Source: an uncultured Candidatus Entotheonella sp. (GTDB lineage Bacteria; Tectomicrobia; Entotheonellia; Entotheonellales; Entotheonellaceae). From it: a DNA stretch of 64,000 nt. Positions within the stretch are counted from its first letter, which is position 1; each line of letters starts with the position of its first letter. Below the pieces are notes generated by a model. The model was not told where the DNA came from and ran no database searches. It worked only from the letters and a program-made list of their open reading frames with translations. Shown piece by piece: positions 1 to 8,682 of the stretch. A program made the translations under genes and the position numbers. Location of the stretch: NCBI GenBank assembly GCA_965217185.1, contig OZ244252.1, positions 320,001 to 384,000 of the forward strand. Reading direction: 5' to 3'.

Positions 1-1251
1 GTCGTTGATGACCCGTGCCTGGCAATCCAGGGCGCCGCGGAAGATGCCCGGAAAGCCCAGCACGTTGTTGATCTGATTCGGATAGTCCGACCGCCCGGTG
101 GCCATGATGCGCACGTACGGGGCCGCCTCCTCGGGCATGATTTCCGGCACCGGGTTGGCCATCGCGAAGACGATGGGGTCGTGGTTCATCTTGCGCAGCA
201 TTTCCACCGTGAACGTGCCGGGGCCGGACAGCCCCACGAAGACGTCGGCGCCCTCGATGACGTCCAGCAGCGAGCCCTTCTCCTGGTTCGGATTGGTGTT
301 CGACGCGTACCAGTCCTTCATGAAATTCATGTTCTCGGTGCGGCCCCGGTAGATGGCCCCGGCACGGTCGCAGCCGATGATGTTGGTGACCCCTTCCTCT
401 ATGAATATCTTGCTGGTGGCGACGCCGGAAGCGCCGACGCCGTTGAACACCACTTTGAGGTCTTTGATGTCTTTCTTGACGACGTGCAGCGCATTGATGA
501 GCGCCGCCAGGGTCACCACCGAGGTGCCGTGCTGGTCGTCGTGGAACACCGGAATGTCGATCTCGTTCTGCAACCACTCCTCGATCTCGAAGCATCGCGG
601 CGCCGCGATGTCTTCCAGGTTGATGCCGCCGAAAACCGTCGAGACGCGCTTGACGGTGTCCACGATGACGCGCGGGTCCTTGCTGTCGATGCATAGCGGG
701 AAGGCATCCACGTTGGCGAACTCCTTGAACAGCGCGCACTTGCCCTCCATCACCGGCATGGCACCCGCCGGTCCGATGTCGCCGAGTCCCAGCACCGCGC
801 TGCCGTCGGTGACCACGGCTACCGTGTTCTTCTTGATGGTCAGGTTGTACACGTCCTGCGGCTCGTCGTAGATGGCCATGCACACCCGCGCCACGCCCGG
901 CGTGTAGGCCATGGAGAGATCGTCGCGCGTCTTGATGGGCGCCTTGCTGACCACCTCGATCTTGCCGCCCAAGTGCATTAGGAAGGTGCGGTCGGAGTGA
1001 TGGATGAGCTTGATGCCGTCAATGGCGTCGAGCGCCTGCACGATGGTTTGCGCGTGATCGATATCGCGGCAATTGACGGTCACGTCGCGGGTCATCACGC
1101 CCTGGCCGACCGACACGATGTCGATCGCGCCCAGGTTGCCCCCTAACTCACCCACCTTCGCCGTCATGCGGGCCAGCATGCCGGCGCGGTTCTGGATTTC
1201 CAACCGCACCGTTACGCTATAACTCGCACTTGGGGTTACGTCTACAGCCAT
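1..1251 (-). CDS. NAD(P)-dependent malic enzyme with N-terminal ACT domain (3' end outside window)
   Basis: Not in the ORF track because it runs off the edge. Manual translation from ATG 1251 (RBS GGAGG) gives MAVDVTPSASYSVTVRLEIQNRAGML (ACT-like), then LSMAYTPGVA, VTDGSAVLGLG, INLEDI, FHDDQHGT, TGRSDYPNQINNVLGFPGIFRG. Confidence 0.93.
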   Translation of the reverse strand, partial: MAVDVTPSASYSVTVRLEIQNRAGMLARMTAKVGELGGNLGAIDIVSVGQGVMTRDVTVNCRDIDHAQTIVQALDAIDGIKLIHHSDRTFLMHLGGKIEVVSKAPIKTRDDLSMAYTPGVARVCMAIYDEPQDVYNLTIKKNTVAVVTDGSAVLGLGDIGPAGAMPVMEGKCALFKEFANVDAFPLCIDSKDPRVIVDTVKRVSTVFGGINLEDIAAPRCFEIEEWLQNEIDIPVFHDDQHGTSVVTLAALINALHVVKKDIKDLKVVFNGVGASGVATSKIFIEEGVTNIIGCDRAGAIYRGRTENMNFMKDWYASNTNPNQEKGSLLDVIEGADVFVGLSGPGTFTVEMLRKMNHDPIVFAMANPVPEIMPEEAAPYVRIMATGRSDYPNQINNVLGFPGIFRGALDCQARVIND

Positions 1252-1407
1252 ACTTCCTCCAATTCTGGTTTCAGATAAACGAGAGCAGCGCTCTCAATAG
1301 AGAACCGCGCGGCCCGCAACGGGGGGTCGCGAGTGAACGGAAAACATCGGGTTGGAGCTATTTCGAGTTGAGACAGCTTGCACTTGGGTAGGGTCTCACG
1401 ACTTCCT

Positions 1408-1542
1408 CCCCCTCACCCCAACCCTCTCCCGCCAGGGGAGAGGGAGTAAAACCTCTTCGGAGAGTGAGCAAAAACCCTCTTCGTAGGAGGGGACGGTCCG
1501 CCTGATCCCCTCCTCCCTTGAGGGGGAGGGCTAGGGTGGGGG
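1408..1542. repeat. Inverted pair of CCCTCACCC..CCCTCTCCC..GGGAGAGGG-type intergenic palindromic elements
   Basis: 1408-1446 and 1506-1542 are related hairpin-forming units in opposite orientation, with a short AAAACC(C)TCTTCG direct repeat between them. Confidence 0.75.
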
Positions 1543-1592
1543 AAATATGAGCGGGAACTTTCAAATGCCAGTCATCATGAATCGAAAGGGCT

Positions 1593-2591
1593 CTAACCCT
1601 GGGGAAACAGATCGTGCATTTCGGGAATGACCCACAGCGGCGCCTCGCCGGCGGCAACGCGCCGGATGTTGGCGTAGCCGTTGTGGAAACGCTTGCGGAA
1701 GCTGTCCACGGTAGGTCCGGCGCTGTGTGGCGTCAGCGTCACGTTGGGCAAGGTGAGCAACGGGTTGGACGGGTCCGTCGGTTCCTGCGCCAGGGTGTCG
1801 AGCCCGGCGGCCAGGATACGGCCTTGCTGCAGGGCGTCGAACAGCGCCGCCTCGTCCACCACCTCGCCGCGGCAGGTGTTGATCAGGACCGCCTTGGTCT
1901 TCATGCGGGCCAGCGCCCCGGCGTTCATCATGTCCCGCGTGTCGTGGTTGAGGGGCACGTGCAGGCTCACCACGTCGGCAGTTTCCAGCAAGGTTTCCAA
2001 CGACACGTAGCGCACGCCGAGGCGTTCTTCCTCCTCGGCGTTGCGCCGGAAGGCGTCGTGATAGATGACGCTGGCGTCGAAGGCCCTGACGCGCTGGGCC
2101 ACCTGCTGGCCGATGTTGCCCAGGCCGACGAGCCCGACCGTCTTGCCGGCCAGCTCGTACACATCCACCGTGCGCGGAATGCCGCTGTGCCACTTACCGG
2201 CGACCACGTTTTGATGCAAGACGACAAGCTTGCGGTACACGGCCAGCATAAGCATGATGGCGTGTTCGGCCACCGCCACCGAATTGGCGCCGCCGTTCGA
2301 GCACACCGGCACCCGCGCCGCCCGCGCTCCGGCGATGTTGACCTGGTCGTACCCGGCGCTCAGCACCTGCACCAGCTTGAGCCGCGCCGCCGCCGCAAAC
2401 GCCTCGTCCGGCAGATGCCGGACAAAGCCCAACAGGTACTCCGCCTCACGCATAGCGGCCGCGATCTCAGCGGCCGGCGTGCCAACCGGCAAATGCCGCA
2501 GGCTGAACCCCTCGGGCGCCATGTCACTTGCCAGAGCCACAATATCGGGCGGCATCTCGACGCCCTGCGTGAATACAATCGTTTCCTGCAC
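1593..2591 (-). CDS. D-isomer-specific 2-hydroxyacid dehydrogenase
   Basis: GLVGLGNIG NAD motif, INTCRG, LTPHSAG; start moved to GTG 2591 behind GGAGG. Confidence 0.9.
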   Translation of the reverse strand: MQETIVFTQGVEMPPDIVALASDMAPEGFSLRHLPVGTPAAEIAAAMREAEYLLGFVRHLPDEAFAAAARLKLVQVLSAGYDQVNIAGARAARVPVCSNGGANSVAVAEHAIMLMLAVYRKLVVLHQNVVAGKWHSGIPRTVDVYELAGKTVGLVGLGNIGQQVAQRVRAFDASVIYHDAFRRNAEEEERLGVRYVSLETLLETADVVSLHVPLNHDTRDMMNAGALARMKTKAVLINTCRGEVVDEAALFDALQQGRILAAGLDTLAQEPTDPSNPLLTLPNVTLTPHSAGPTVDSFRKRFHNGYANIRRVAAGEAPLWVIPEMHDLFPQG

Positions 2592-2827
2592 CCTGTCCTC
2601 CGAAGCAGTCGGTTCGGATTCGCGATTCGTAATCCGAATGTCGCTTGATCGGTTGCCGCTTAAAAGTAAGTACCCTACCTTAGCCCACTGTCTGACTGCA
2701 AGCTTTTTCCGTGCGTTTAGAGGGTGTGGAAAGTGAACAGGGTAGAGGGCATCTCTAATAATACCCATCTCCCACGTGGTTTAGAATCACTGAAACACGT
2801 CAACCAACAAGGCCGGAGGAGTGCAAC

Positions 2828-4055
2828 ATGGCTCAGATGGGCTTTTTCGATATCGAGAATCGCTACGCCGCTCTGGACGCCAAAAACGATCCCCTGGTGA
2901 AGGTCAACGCTGCCGTTCCGTGGGAAGCGTTCCGCAGCCGCCTGGAGAGAGTCTGGCGCAAGCCAGCCGACAAGCGCAAGTCCAATGCGGGGTGCAAGCC
3001 GTGGGATGCCATCGTCATGTTCAAGGCCATCATTTTGTGCGCCCTCTACAATCTGTCGGACGACCAGGTCGAGTATCAGATGCGCGACCGCCTGTCCTTT
3101 GTGCGCTTCTTGGCCTTGACACTCGAAGACAAGGTGCCCGATGCCAAGACGGTGTGGCTCTACCGCGAACAGTTGTCACAGGCCGGCCTCATCGATGCCT
3201 TGTTCGAGGATTTCGACGGCTACCTGAAAAGCCAGGGCTACCAGGCAATGGGTGGCCAGATCATCGATGCTTCGATTGTCGCGGTTCCCATGCAACGCAA
3301 TCGTCGTGACGACAATGAGCAGATCAAACGGGGTGAGACACCTGAGGCCTGGGCTGACAAGCCAGCCAAGCGTCGACAAAAGGACAGGGATGCGCGCTGG
3401 ACGAAGAAGCACGGCAAGAGCCACTATGGCTACAAGAATCACGTCACCATCGACCGTCGGCACAAGCTGATACGGCGTTACCGGGTGACGGATGCGGCGG
3501 TGCACGACAGCCAAGTGATTGAGGAGTTGCTTACGTCGGACAACACGGCAAGCGGTGTCTGGGCGGACAGCGCCTAGTAGCTGTTCAACGTAATGCACAG
3601 GCATGATAAGTTGCCTCCCAGTAAGCTGCTGGGCATAAGCTGGGAGGGATGATTGTGAAGAAGCTCTATATGGTCCGTTTGAGTGAAGAAGAACGGACCG
3701 AATTGACGAAACGGGTCAAGTTGCATCATCTCTATCCCGTGATCAAAGATTGACGCACTACTAGCGGTCGAAAGCCATTGAAGCGACGCTGAAGGCCAGG
3801 GGTTTGAGGAGTCGGATTCATCGCAAGGGCTATCGCAACCGTCCGTTGCGTGATTGGGAGAAAGCAGGCAACCAGGGCCGTTCACGGTTTCGGGTACGGG
3901 TAGAGCATGTCTTCGGGGCGCAGCAAAACGACATGGGCGGGACGTTGGTTCGCAGCATCGGGCTTGTACGGGCGAGGGCGCGGATAGGTCTTAAGAACCT
4001 TGCCTACAACATGCGTCGCCTGATTCAATTACAACGCCTTGCGAGCGCCAGTTGA
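2828..4055 (+). pseudogene. IS5-family transposase split into 2828-3577 and 3764-4055
   Basis: IIDASIV, YGYKNH and WADSA before the break; RVRVEHVFG and KNLAYNM after it. Confidence 0.9.
3577..3761 (+). mobile_element. 185-bp non-autonomous IS630-derived MITE
   Basis: Both ends match the IS630 at 27461-28682 (opposite strand); TA duplication within a CTAG target. Confidence 0.9.
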
Positions 4056-4330
4056 GCGCCAACGGTGCGGAAGGGTGCACCGGAGGCCCTCATTGGAAGG
4101 CGAATCCTCCTTGCTGGGAGGCAGTCCCCCTGGACAGCCGAGTTCATTTTCTCACCGACATGCCAGCGAATTGCCACTCTCGCCATCTATGACTATCCAC
4201 GAGGCATTTTTCGAGATGCCCTAGAGTTGGTGGATGGTTGACCTCGCCGGGTGGGAGTAGGGATGGCATCGGTTGACGACATGATCTTGTGTAGCTACGA
4301 TCTTGTCGTTATGAAATTGGAGCTAAGCCA

Positions 4331-4621
4331 TTGCGCTGGACGTGGGACGACGCCAAGAACCGCGTCAACAAACGGAAGCATCGCCTCAGCTTCGAGACGG
4401 CGCAATTCGTATTCGATGACCCGCTGTCGGCGCACCGCCCGGATCTGGGTTCGGACGAAGAACGATGGCACACCATCGGTATGATCAGCGGCGTGGTCGT
4501 GATCGTGGCGCATACATGGCCCGAACCGCAACCTGGAAGCCATGTCGAAGTGGGTCATATCATCAGTGCTCGGAAAGCCACGACGCATGAAAGGAGAGCC
4601 TATGAAGAAGGGAGTTTCTAA
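4331..4621 (+). CDS. brnT: BrnT-family toxin
   Basis: WDDAKNRVNKRKH.SF, EERW..IG, IISARKAT..ER..Y. Confidence 0.88.
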   Translation: MRWTWDDAKNRVNKRKHRLSFETAQFVFDDPLSAHRPDLGSDEERWHTIGMISGVVVIVAHTWPEPQPGSHVEVGHIISARKATTHERRAYEEGSF

Positions 4622-4892
4622 AAAACTCACTCAGGAACAAAAGGTTGAGCTAGGGACGCTTGCGAACCTTCCCGACGAGGCGATCGATACCAGCGACGTG
4701 CCTGAGATTCTGGATTGGTCCGGTGCCAGGCGCGGTCTCCTGTACCGGCCGGTCAAGCAACAGATCACCCTGCGGCTGGATGCCGACGTGGTGTCATGGT
4801 TCAAAGTAAACGTTCCGAACGGCCGGGGCTACCAGACCGAGATCAACCGCGTGCTTCGCGAGCATGCTCGACGGGCTTTAAGTCAGGCGTAG
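4602..4892 (+). CDS. brnA: BrnA-family antitoxin
   Basis: YRPVKQQITLRLDADVVSWFK and GYQTEINRVLR; overlaps the toxin end. Confidence 0.88.
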   Translation: MKKGVSKKLTQEQKVELGTLANLPDEAIDTSDVPEILDWSGARRGLLYRPVKQQITLRLDADVVSWFKVNVPNGRGYQTEINRVLREHARRALSQA

Positions 4893-5033
4893 GGGCACCC
4901 GCCCGCCGTTACCCCATCACAAATTTGCTTTTGCCTTCATGCCGGAAGGTGTGCTACGGTTAACAAATTCTGCGGGTTGTTCCCATCTCCTCAACACGAT
5001 CAATCGTTGCAAGACAATAAGTGGGACTCGTTT

Positions 5034-6959
5034 ATGGATATTTTGGCAGGTCTGGCCCAGATACGGGCGGAAATGGATCAGTACGTTGTCGGCCATGACG
5101 ATGTGAAGGAAGGCATTCTACTTGGCGTCATTGCGCGCGAGCATATCTACCTCGAAGGCCCGCCGGGAACGGCGAAGACAATGTTGGCCGAGGTGACCTC
5201 CGATGCTGCCGAATTGAAGTTCTTCTTCTACCAATTGCACCGCGACACCCGACTGGCGGAATTGGTCGGCGATACGGTGATTTTCCGTGAGCGGGACGAG
5301 TCGGGCGGCGAGATAATCCGCCAGGTGAACCGCAAGGGCGGCATCCTGACGTCGGAGATATGCGTGCTCGACGATATCTCCCGGGCGCCCGGTGAGGCTC
5401 TGAACGTCCTGCTGCGCGTCCTCAACGAGCGCAAGTTCGGCGACGACCGCATTCCCCTGCTGACCGCTATCGCCACCGGCAATCCTACCAAAGAAGACTA
5501 TTACAACGAGCCTCTGGATCCCGCCAACCTGGATCGCTTCACCATCCAGATGCGCACCCTCGGTCTGCTGCAGCGCAACATGTGGCAGGCGGCCGCGACG
5601 GTCATTGACCGCTACGCCGACGGCCATCTGAGCGCTGAGGCTTCGCCGCGCGTTACGCGGACGGTGCTGGACAGCGCCACCGAGCGGCTCCCCAAGGTGG
5701 ACCTGACGGCGGCGGTGAAGGAACTGTTGCTGGAATTCCTCAACGTGCTGCTGAACGACTACGGCTGCAATGACAGCAACTCGCTGCTGACGGACCGTAC
5801 CTTCCTCGTCAAGGCGGTGAAAATCCTGAAGGCCAAGGCCGTGCTGGAGGGTCGCGACCATTGCGTCCCCGAGGACCTGCACGTTCTTAAATACCTCACG
5901 GCGTTCCGTATCCCCGAGGAGTTGCACAACCGTATCGAAGAGATCATCGATCAGCTTCTGCGAAAAAAAAAAGTTGAGCCAGAGGAAGACGACGACGCCG
6001 TCGAGCAACTGAGCGAGGCGCAGTCCGAGGAGCGTTCGGAGGGGCAGCCGCGCACCGATTACACCGCTCAGGAAGCGAATGTCGATCACCGCAAGCAGGA
6101 ACTCGAGCTTGCCGACATGGTGCAGCAGTCCCTCAGCCCGAACGCCGACGATGACGGCGAGAACGCCGAACTGAACCTTGATCATGAGTCGATCGACAAC
6201 ATCGAGGTTCTGCTCAAGATCCTGAAGGGCCGCATCGAAAAGAACCTCGCCGAAAAGGTGCCGCACCGCGGCGGCCAGCCACGCAAGTGGCGCCGCATGA
6301 TCTCGTTCGACGACCTCCTCGACACCGACCCCGTCGAAAGCTCCATCTGGTACGAGAACGTCACCCCCCAACTCCCCCGCATGCTGTTGCGCGAGCGCCA
6401 CGATCGCGGCGGCGAGCTCGCCATCCTGCGCGACATCAGTTCGTCCATGGCCGGCATCTACTCCAAGTGGGCGTCGTCCGTCATCCTGCGCCTGATGGAG
6501 ATGGCCCGCAAAAAGCGCATGCGGGTCGGCTACATCGAGTTCAATCACCTGTCCACCAAGTACCAGGTGGACGGCAAGTTTTTCATGCGCGACTACGAAA
6601 AGATGACGCGCCGCGCCCTGCACCTGCACTGTTCCGGTTGCACCAACTACCAGAATTCCCTGGAGGACGCGCTGCACGAATTCAAGCGCTTGGGACGCGG
6701 CAACCAGCACATCCTCTTCCTGACCGACGGCGTGCCCACGCAAGGCGACTGGGAAGTGAAAGCCGAGCGCGCCTTGGCGCAGGAATTGAACGTTTCCATT
6801 CACACCATTTTCATCGGTAAGAACAAGTGCCCGCGCATCCTGGAAATCCTCTCCGAGGAGACGAATGGCGCGCAGTTTCAAGCCTCGACGGATCGCTACG
6901 GCGTCATTCGCATCGAAGAACGCAATGCACAACAGGCCCCTGAACTGGTTGCGCACTGA
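5034..6959 (+). CDS. MoxR/RavA-type AAA+ ATPase fused to a C-terminal VWA domain
   Basis: Walker A GPPGTAKT, Walker B CVLDD, LDPANLDRF; acidic linker; MIDAS residues DISSS, GCTNY, LTDG; start moved to ATG 5034. Confidence 0.88.
   Translation: MDILAGLAQIRAEMDQYVVGHDDVKEGILLGVIAREHIYLEGPPGTAKTMLAEVTSDAAELKFFFYQLHRDTRLAELVGDTVIFRERDESGGEIIRQVNRKGGILTSEICVLDDISRAPGEALNVLLRVLNERKFGDDRIPLLTAIATGNPTKEDYYNEPLDPANLDRFTIQMRTLGLLQRNMWQAAATVIDRYADGHLSAEASPRVTRTVLDSATERLPKVDLTAAVKELLLEFLNVLLNDYGCNDSNSLLTDRTFLVKAVKILKAKAVLEGRDHCVPEDLHVLKYLTAFRIPEELHNRIEEIIDQLLRKKKVEPEEDDDAVEQLSEAQSEERSEGQPRTDYTAQEANVDHRKQELELADMVQQSLSPNADDDGENAELNLDHESIDNIEVLLKILKGRIEKNLAEKVPHRGGQPRKWRRMISFDDLLDTDPVESSIWYENVTPQLPRMLLRERHDRGGELAILRDISSSMAGIYSKWASSVILRLMEMARKKRMRVGYIEFNHLSTKYQVDGKFFMRDYEKMTRRALHLHCSGCTNYQNSLEDALHEFKRLGRGNQHILFLTDGVPTQGDWEVKAERALAQELNVSIHTIFIGKNKCPRILEILSEETNGAQFQASTDRYGVIRIEERNAQQAPELVAH
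5963..5977 (+). promoter_or_regulatory. Candidate slippery site (A10) with an immediate -1-frame TGA
   Basis: CGA AAA AAA AAA GTT GAG; the -1 frame reads AGT TGA (stop 5975-5977). Confidence 0.55.
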
Positions 6960-6976
6960 CGGGGAAGGAGACGCGC

Positions 6977-7351
6977 ATGGTTAAGCGCTTTCTACAGCGG
7001 CTCTTTGGGAACGATGAGCTCAAAATTGAGATTAACGACCTCAAAAATAAGTTTAACGACCTCAAAAGTGAGGTTAACGGCATCGACCAGCGAGTAGAAG
7101 CTATCGACCAGCGAGTAACAACTGTGGAATTTCAGACGAAGACCATGCTCCACCGTTTTGGTAATTACAAAAATCGGACTGATGGCGAGTTGAACCTTAT
7201 GGGTGAACAAATCGAAGATTTACTTGGCTCGTTTGAGGCTCTCGTTGAACGTATCGAATTTGAAGAGGGCGCTGCACGGGCTAGAAACTTGCTCAAGCGA
7301 TTGAAGAATAATCAAGGCCGGATTCGCAAAGAACAAAAAGCACGAGGTTGA
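6977..7351 (+). CDS. Small coiled-coil protein with heptad tandem repeats
   Basis: RBS GGAAGGAG; INDLKNK/FNDLKSE and IDQRVEA/IDQRVTT encoded by 21-nt repeats; lower GC. Confidence 0.7.
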   Translation: MVKRFLQRLFGNDELKIEINDLKNKFNDLKSEVNGIDQRVEAIDQRVTTVEFQTKTMLHRFGNYKNRTDGELNLMGEQIEDLLGSFEALVERIEFEEGAARARNLLKRLKNNQGRIRKEQKARG

Positions 7352-7352
7352 A

Positions 7353-7739
7353 ATGTCACGTTCAAGGTCGAGAGAACTCCGTGACAGAGCCCAAAAACTT
7401 GCAGATGATGCGTATCGCGATTTCTGGACGAGTGTGGTTGAGTGCTCAGAAACCCTCCAAGAAATTGCTCCTAACCAGCGTAAACTGTGGCTCAGTACAG
7501 TGATTGAGGAACTCCACCGCGAGCAGAATGGATTGTGCGCTCTGTGTGGGGAATTACTTGCATTAGGTGAGCATGAAGTCGACCACAAGATCCCGTTTTG
7601 TTATGGAGGTGGCAATGAACGCGCTAATATCCAGTTGGCTCACCCCCAGTGTAACAGGAGCAAGGGTGCCCAAGCGGAGCCATACGACATCCTTCGCTAT
7701 TTAGAGGATCGGTATATGAATCTTAACGAACGAGCATGA
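7353..7739 (+). CDS. HNH endonuclease
   Basis: CALCG..EVDHKIP..GG.N...NIQLAHPQCNRSKG. Confidence 0.9.
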   Translation: MSRSRSRELRDRAQKLADDAYRDFWTSVVECSETLQEIAPNQRKLWLSTVIEELHREQNGLCALCGELLALGEHEVDHKIPFCYGGGNERANIQLAHPQCNRSKGAQAEPYDILRYLEDRYMNLNERA

Positions 7740-7750
7740 AGGAGAATGAC

Positions 7751-8650
7751 ATGCTGTTGGAGGGCAAGGTCGCCGTGGTCACGGGCGGTGGCAACGGCAT
7801 CGGGCGTGAGATAAGCAAGCTGATGGGCGCTGAGGGCGCCAAGGTGGTGGTGAACGACCTGGGGACGGCGGTTGACGGCGCTGGCGAATCGAGTTCCGCA
7901 GCCGATCAGACCGTGCAGATGATCAAGGGCGCCGGCGGCGAGGCAACGCCGAATTACGAGAGTGTGGCGACCCCGGAGGGCGGCCAGAACATTATTCAGA
8001 CCGCGGTGGATACATACGGCAAGCTGGATATTCTGGTGCACGTGGCCGGCATTTTGCGCGACCGCATGATTTTCAACATGAGCGTCGAGGAATGGGACGC
8101 GGTGCTCAACGTGCACCTGCGCGGCGCCTATTGCGTCAACAAGCCCGCTTGCGTGCTGATGCGGCAGCAGAAGAGTGGCTGCATCATCAACTTTTCGTCG
8201 ATCTCCGGCGCCGGCAATTCCGGGCAGGCCAACTACGCCGCGGCCAAGGCGGGCATTCTCGGTTTGACGCGCACGATTGCGCGCGACATGGCGAAATACG
8301 GCGTGCGGGCCAATGCCATCTGGCCGGGTGCGGACACCCGCATGACCGCCACCGTGCCTGAATCGGCGCGCCAGATTCGCTCCGAGCGCGGCCTGGGCGA
8401 GATGCGCATGTCGGCCATTCGCCGACCCGAAAGCGTTGCCTCGGTGGTGACCTTCCTGGCCTCGGACATGGCCGAGAACATTACCGGCTGGACGGTCGGC
8501 ATCATCGGCGACCGCCTGTCGCTGATCGACGACCCGGTGCCCGTGAAGACGGTATTTTGCGAGGGCGGCTGGACGCTGGACCAGGTTGCCGAATGGTGGC
8601 CTGAGACCTTCGGGACCGACTTGCGCCACCTGGATCAGCCGCAGCAGTAA
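7751..8650 (+). CDS. SDR-family oxidoreductase (copy 1)
   Basis: TGGGNGIG, VVVNDLG, AGILRDRM, NYAAAK. Confidence 0.93.
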   Translation: MLLEGKVAVVTGGGNGIGREISKLMGAEGAKVVVNDLGTAVDGAGESSSAADQTVQMIKGAGGEATPNYESVATPEGGQNIIQTAVDTYGKLDILVHVAGILRDRMIFNMSVEEWDAVLNVHLRGAYCVNKPACVLMRQQKSGCIINFSSISGAGNSGQANYAAAKAGILGLTRTIARDMAKYGVRANAIWPGADTRMTATVPESARQIRSERGLGEMRMSAIRRPESVASVVTFLASDMAENITGWTVGIIGDRLSLIDDPVPVKTVFCEGGWTLDQVAEWWPETFGTDLRHLDQPQQ

Positions 8651-8682
8651 TCGGCAACAACCCATTCCTGAGGGAAAACGAC

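Larger units (their letters stand above)
2747..4221 (+). mobile_element. IS5-family element, interrupted by a MITE
   Basis: Terminal IRs GGGCATCTC(T/G)AA(T/A)AAT; 4-bp direct repeat TAGA at 2743-2746 and 4222-4225. Confidence 0.9.

Noticed and set aside
98..871. Plus-strand ORFs at the window start
   Set aside because: Antisense shadows of the minus-strand malic enzyme
5118..6956. 612-aa minus-strand ORF and similar long antisense ORFs (38013-39404, 51021-52289)
   Set aside because: High-GC codon-bias shadows with no motifs
5034..6959. Mg/Co chelatase ChlD/BchD
   Set aside because: The AAA+ motifs look MoxR/RavA-like and there are no tetrapyrrole genes nearby; only the recoding logic is analogous
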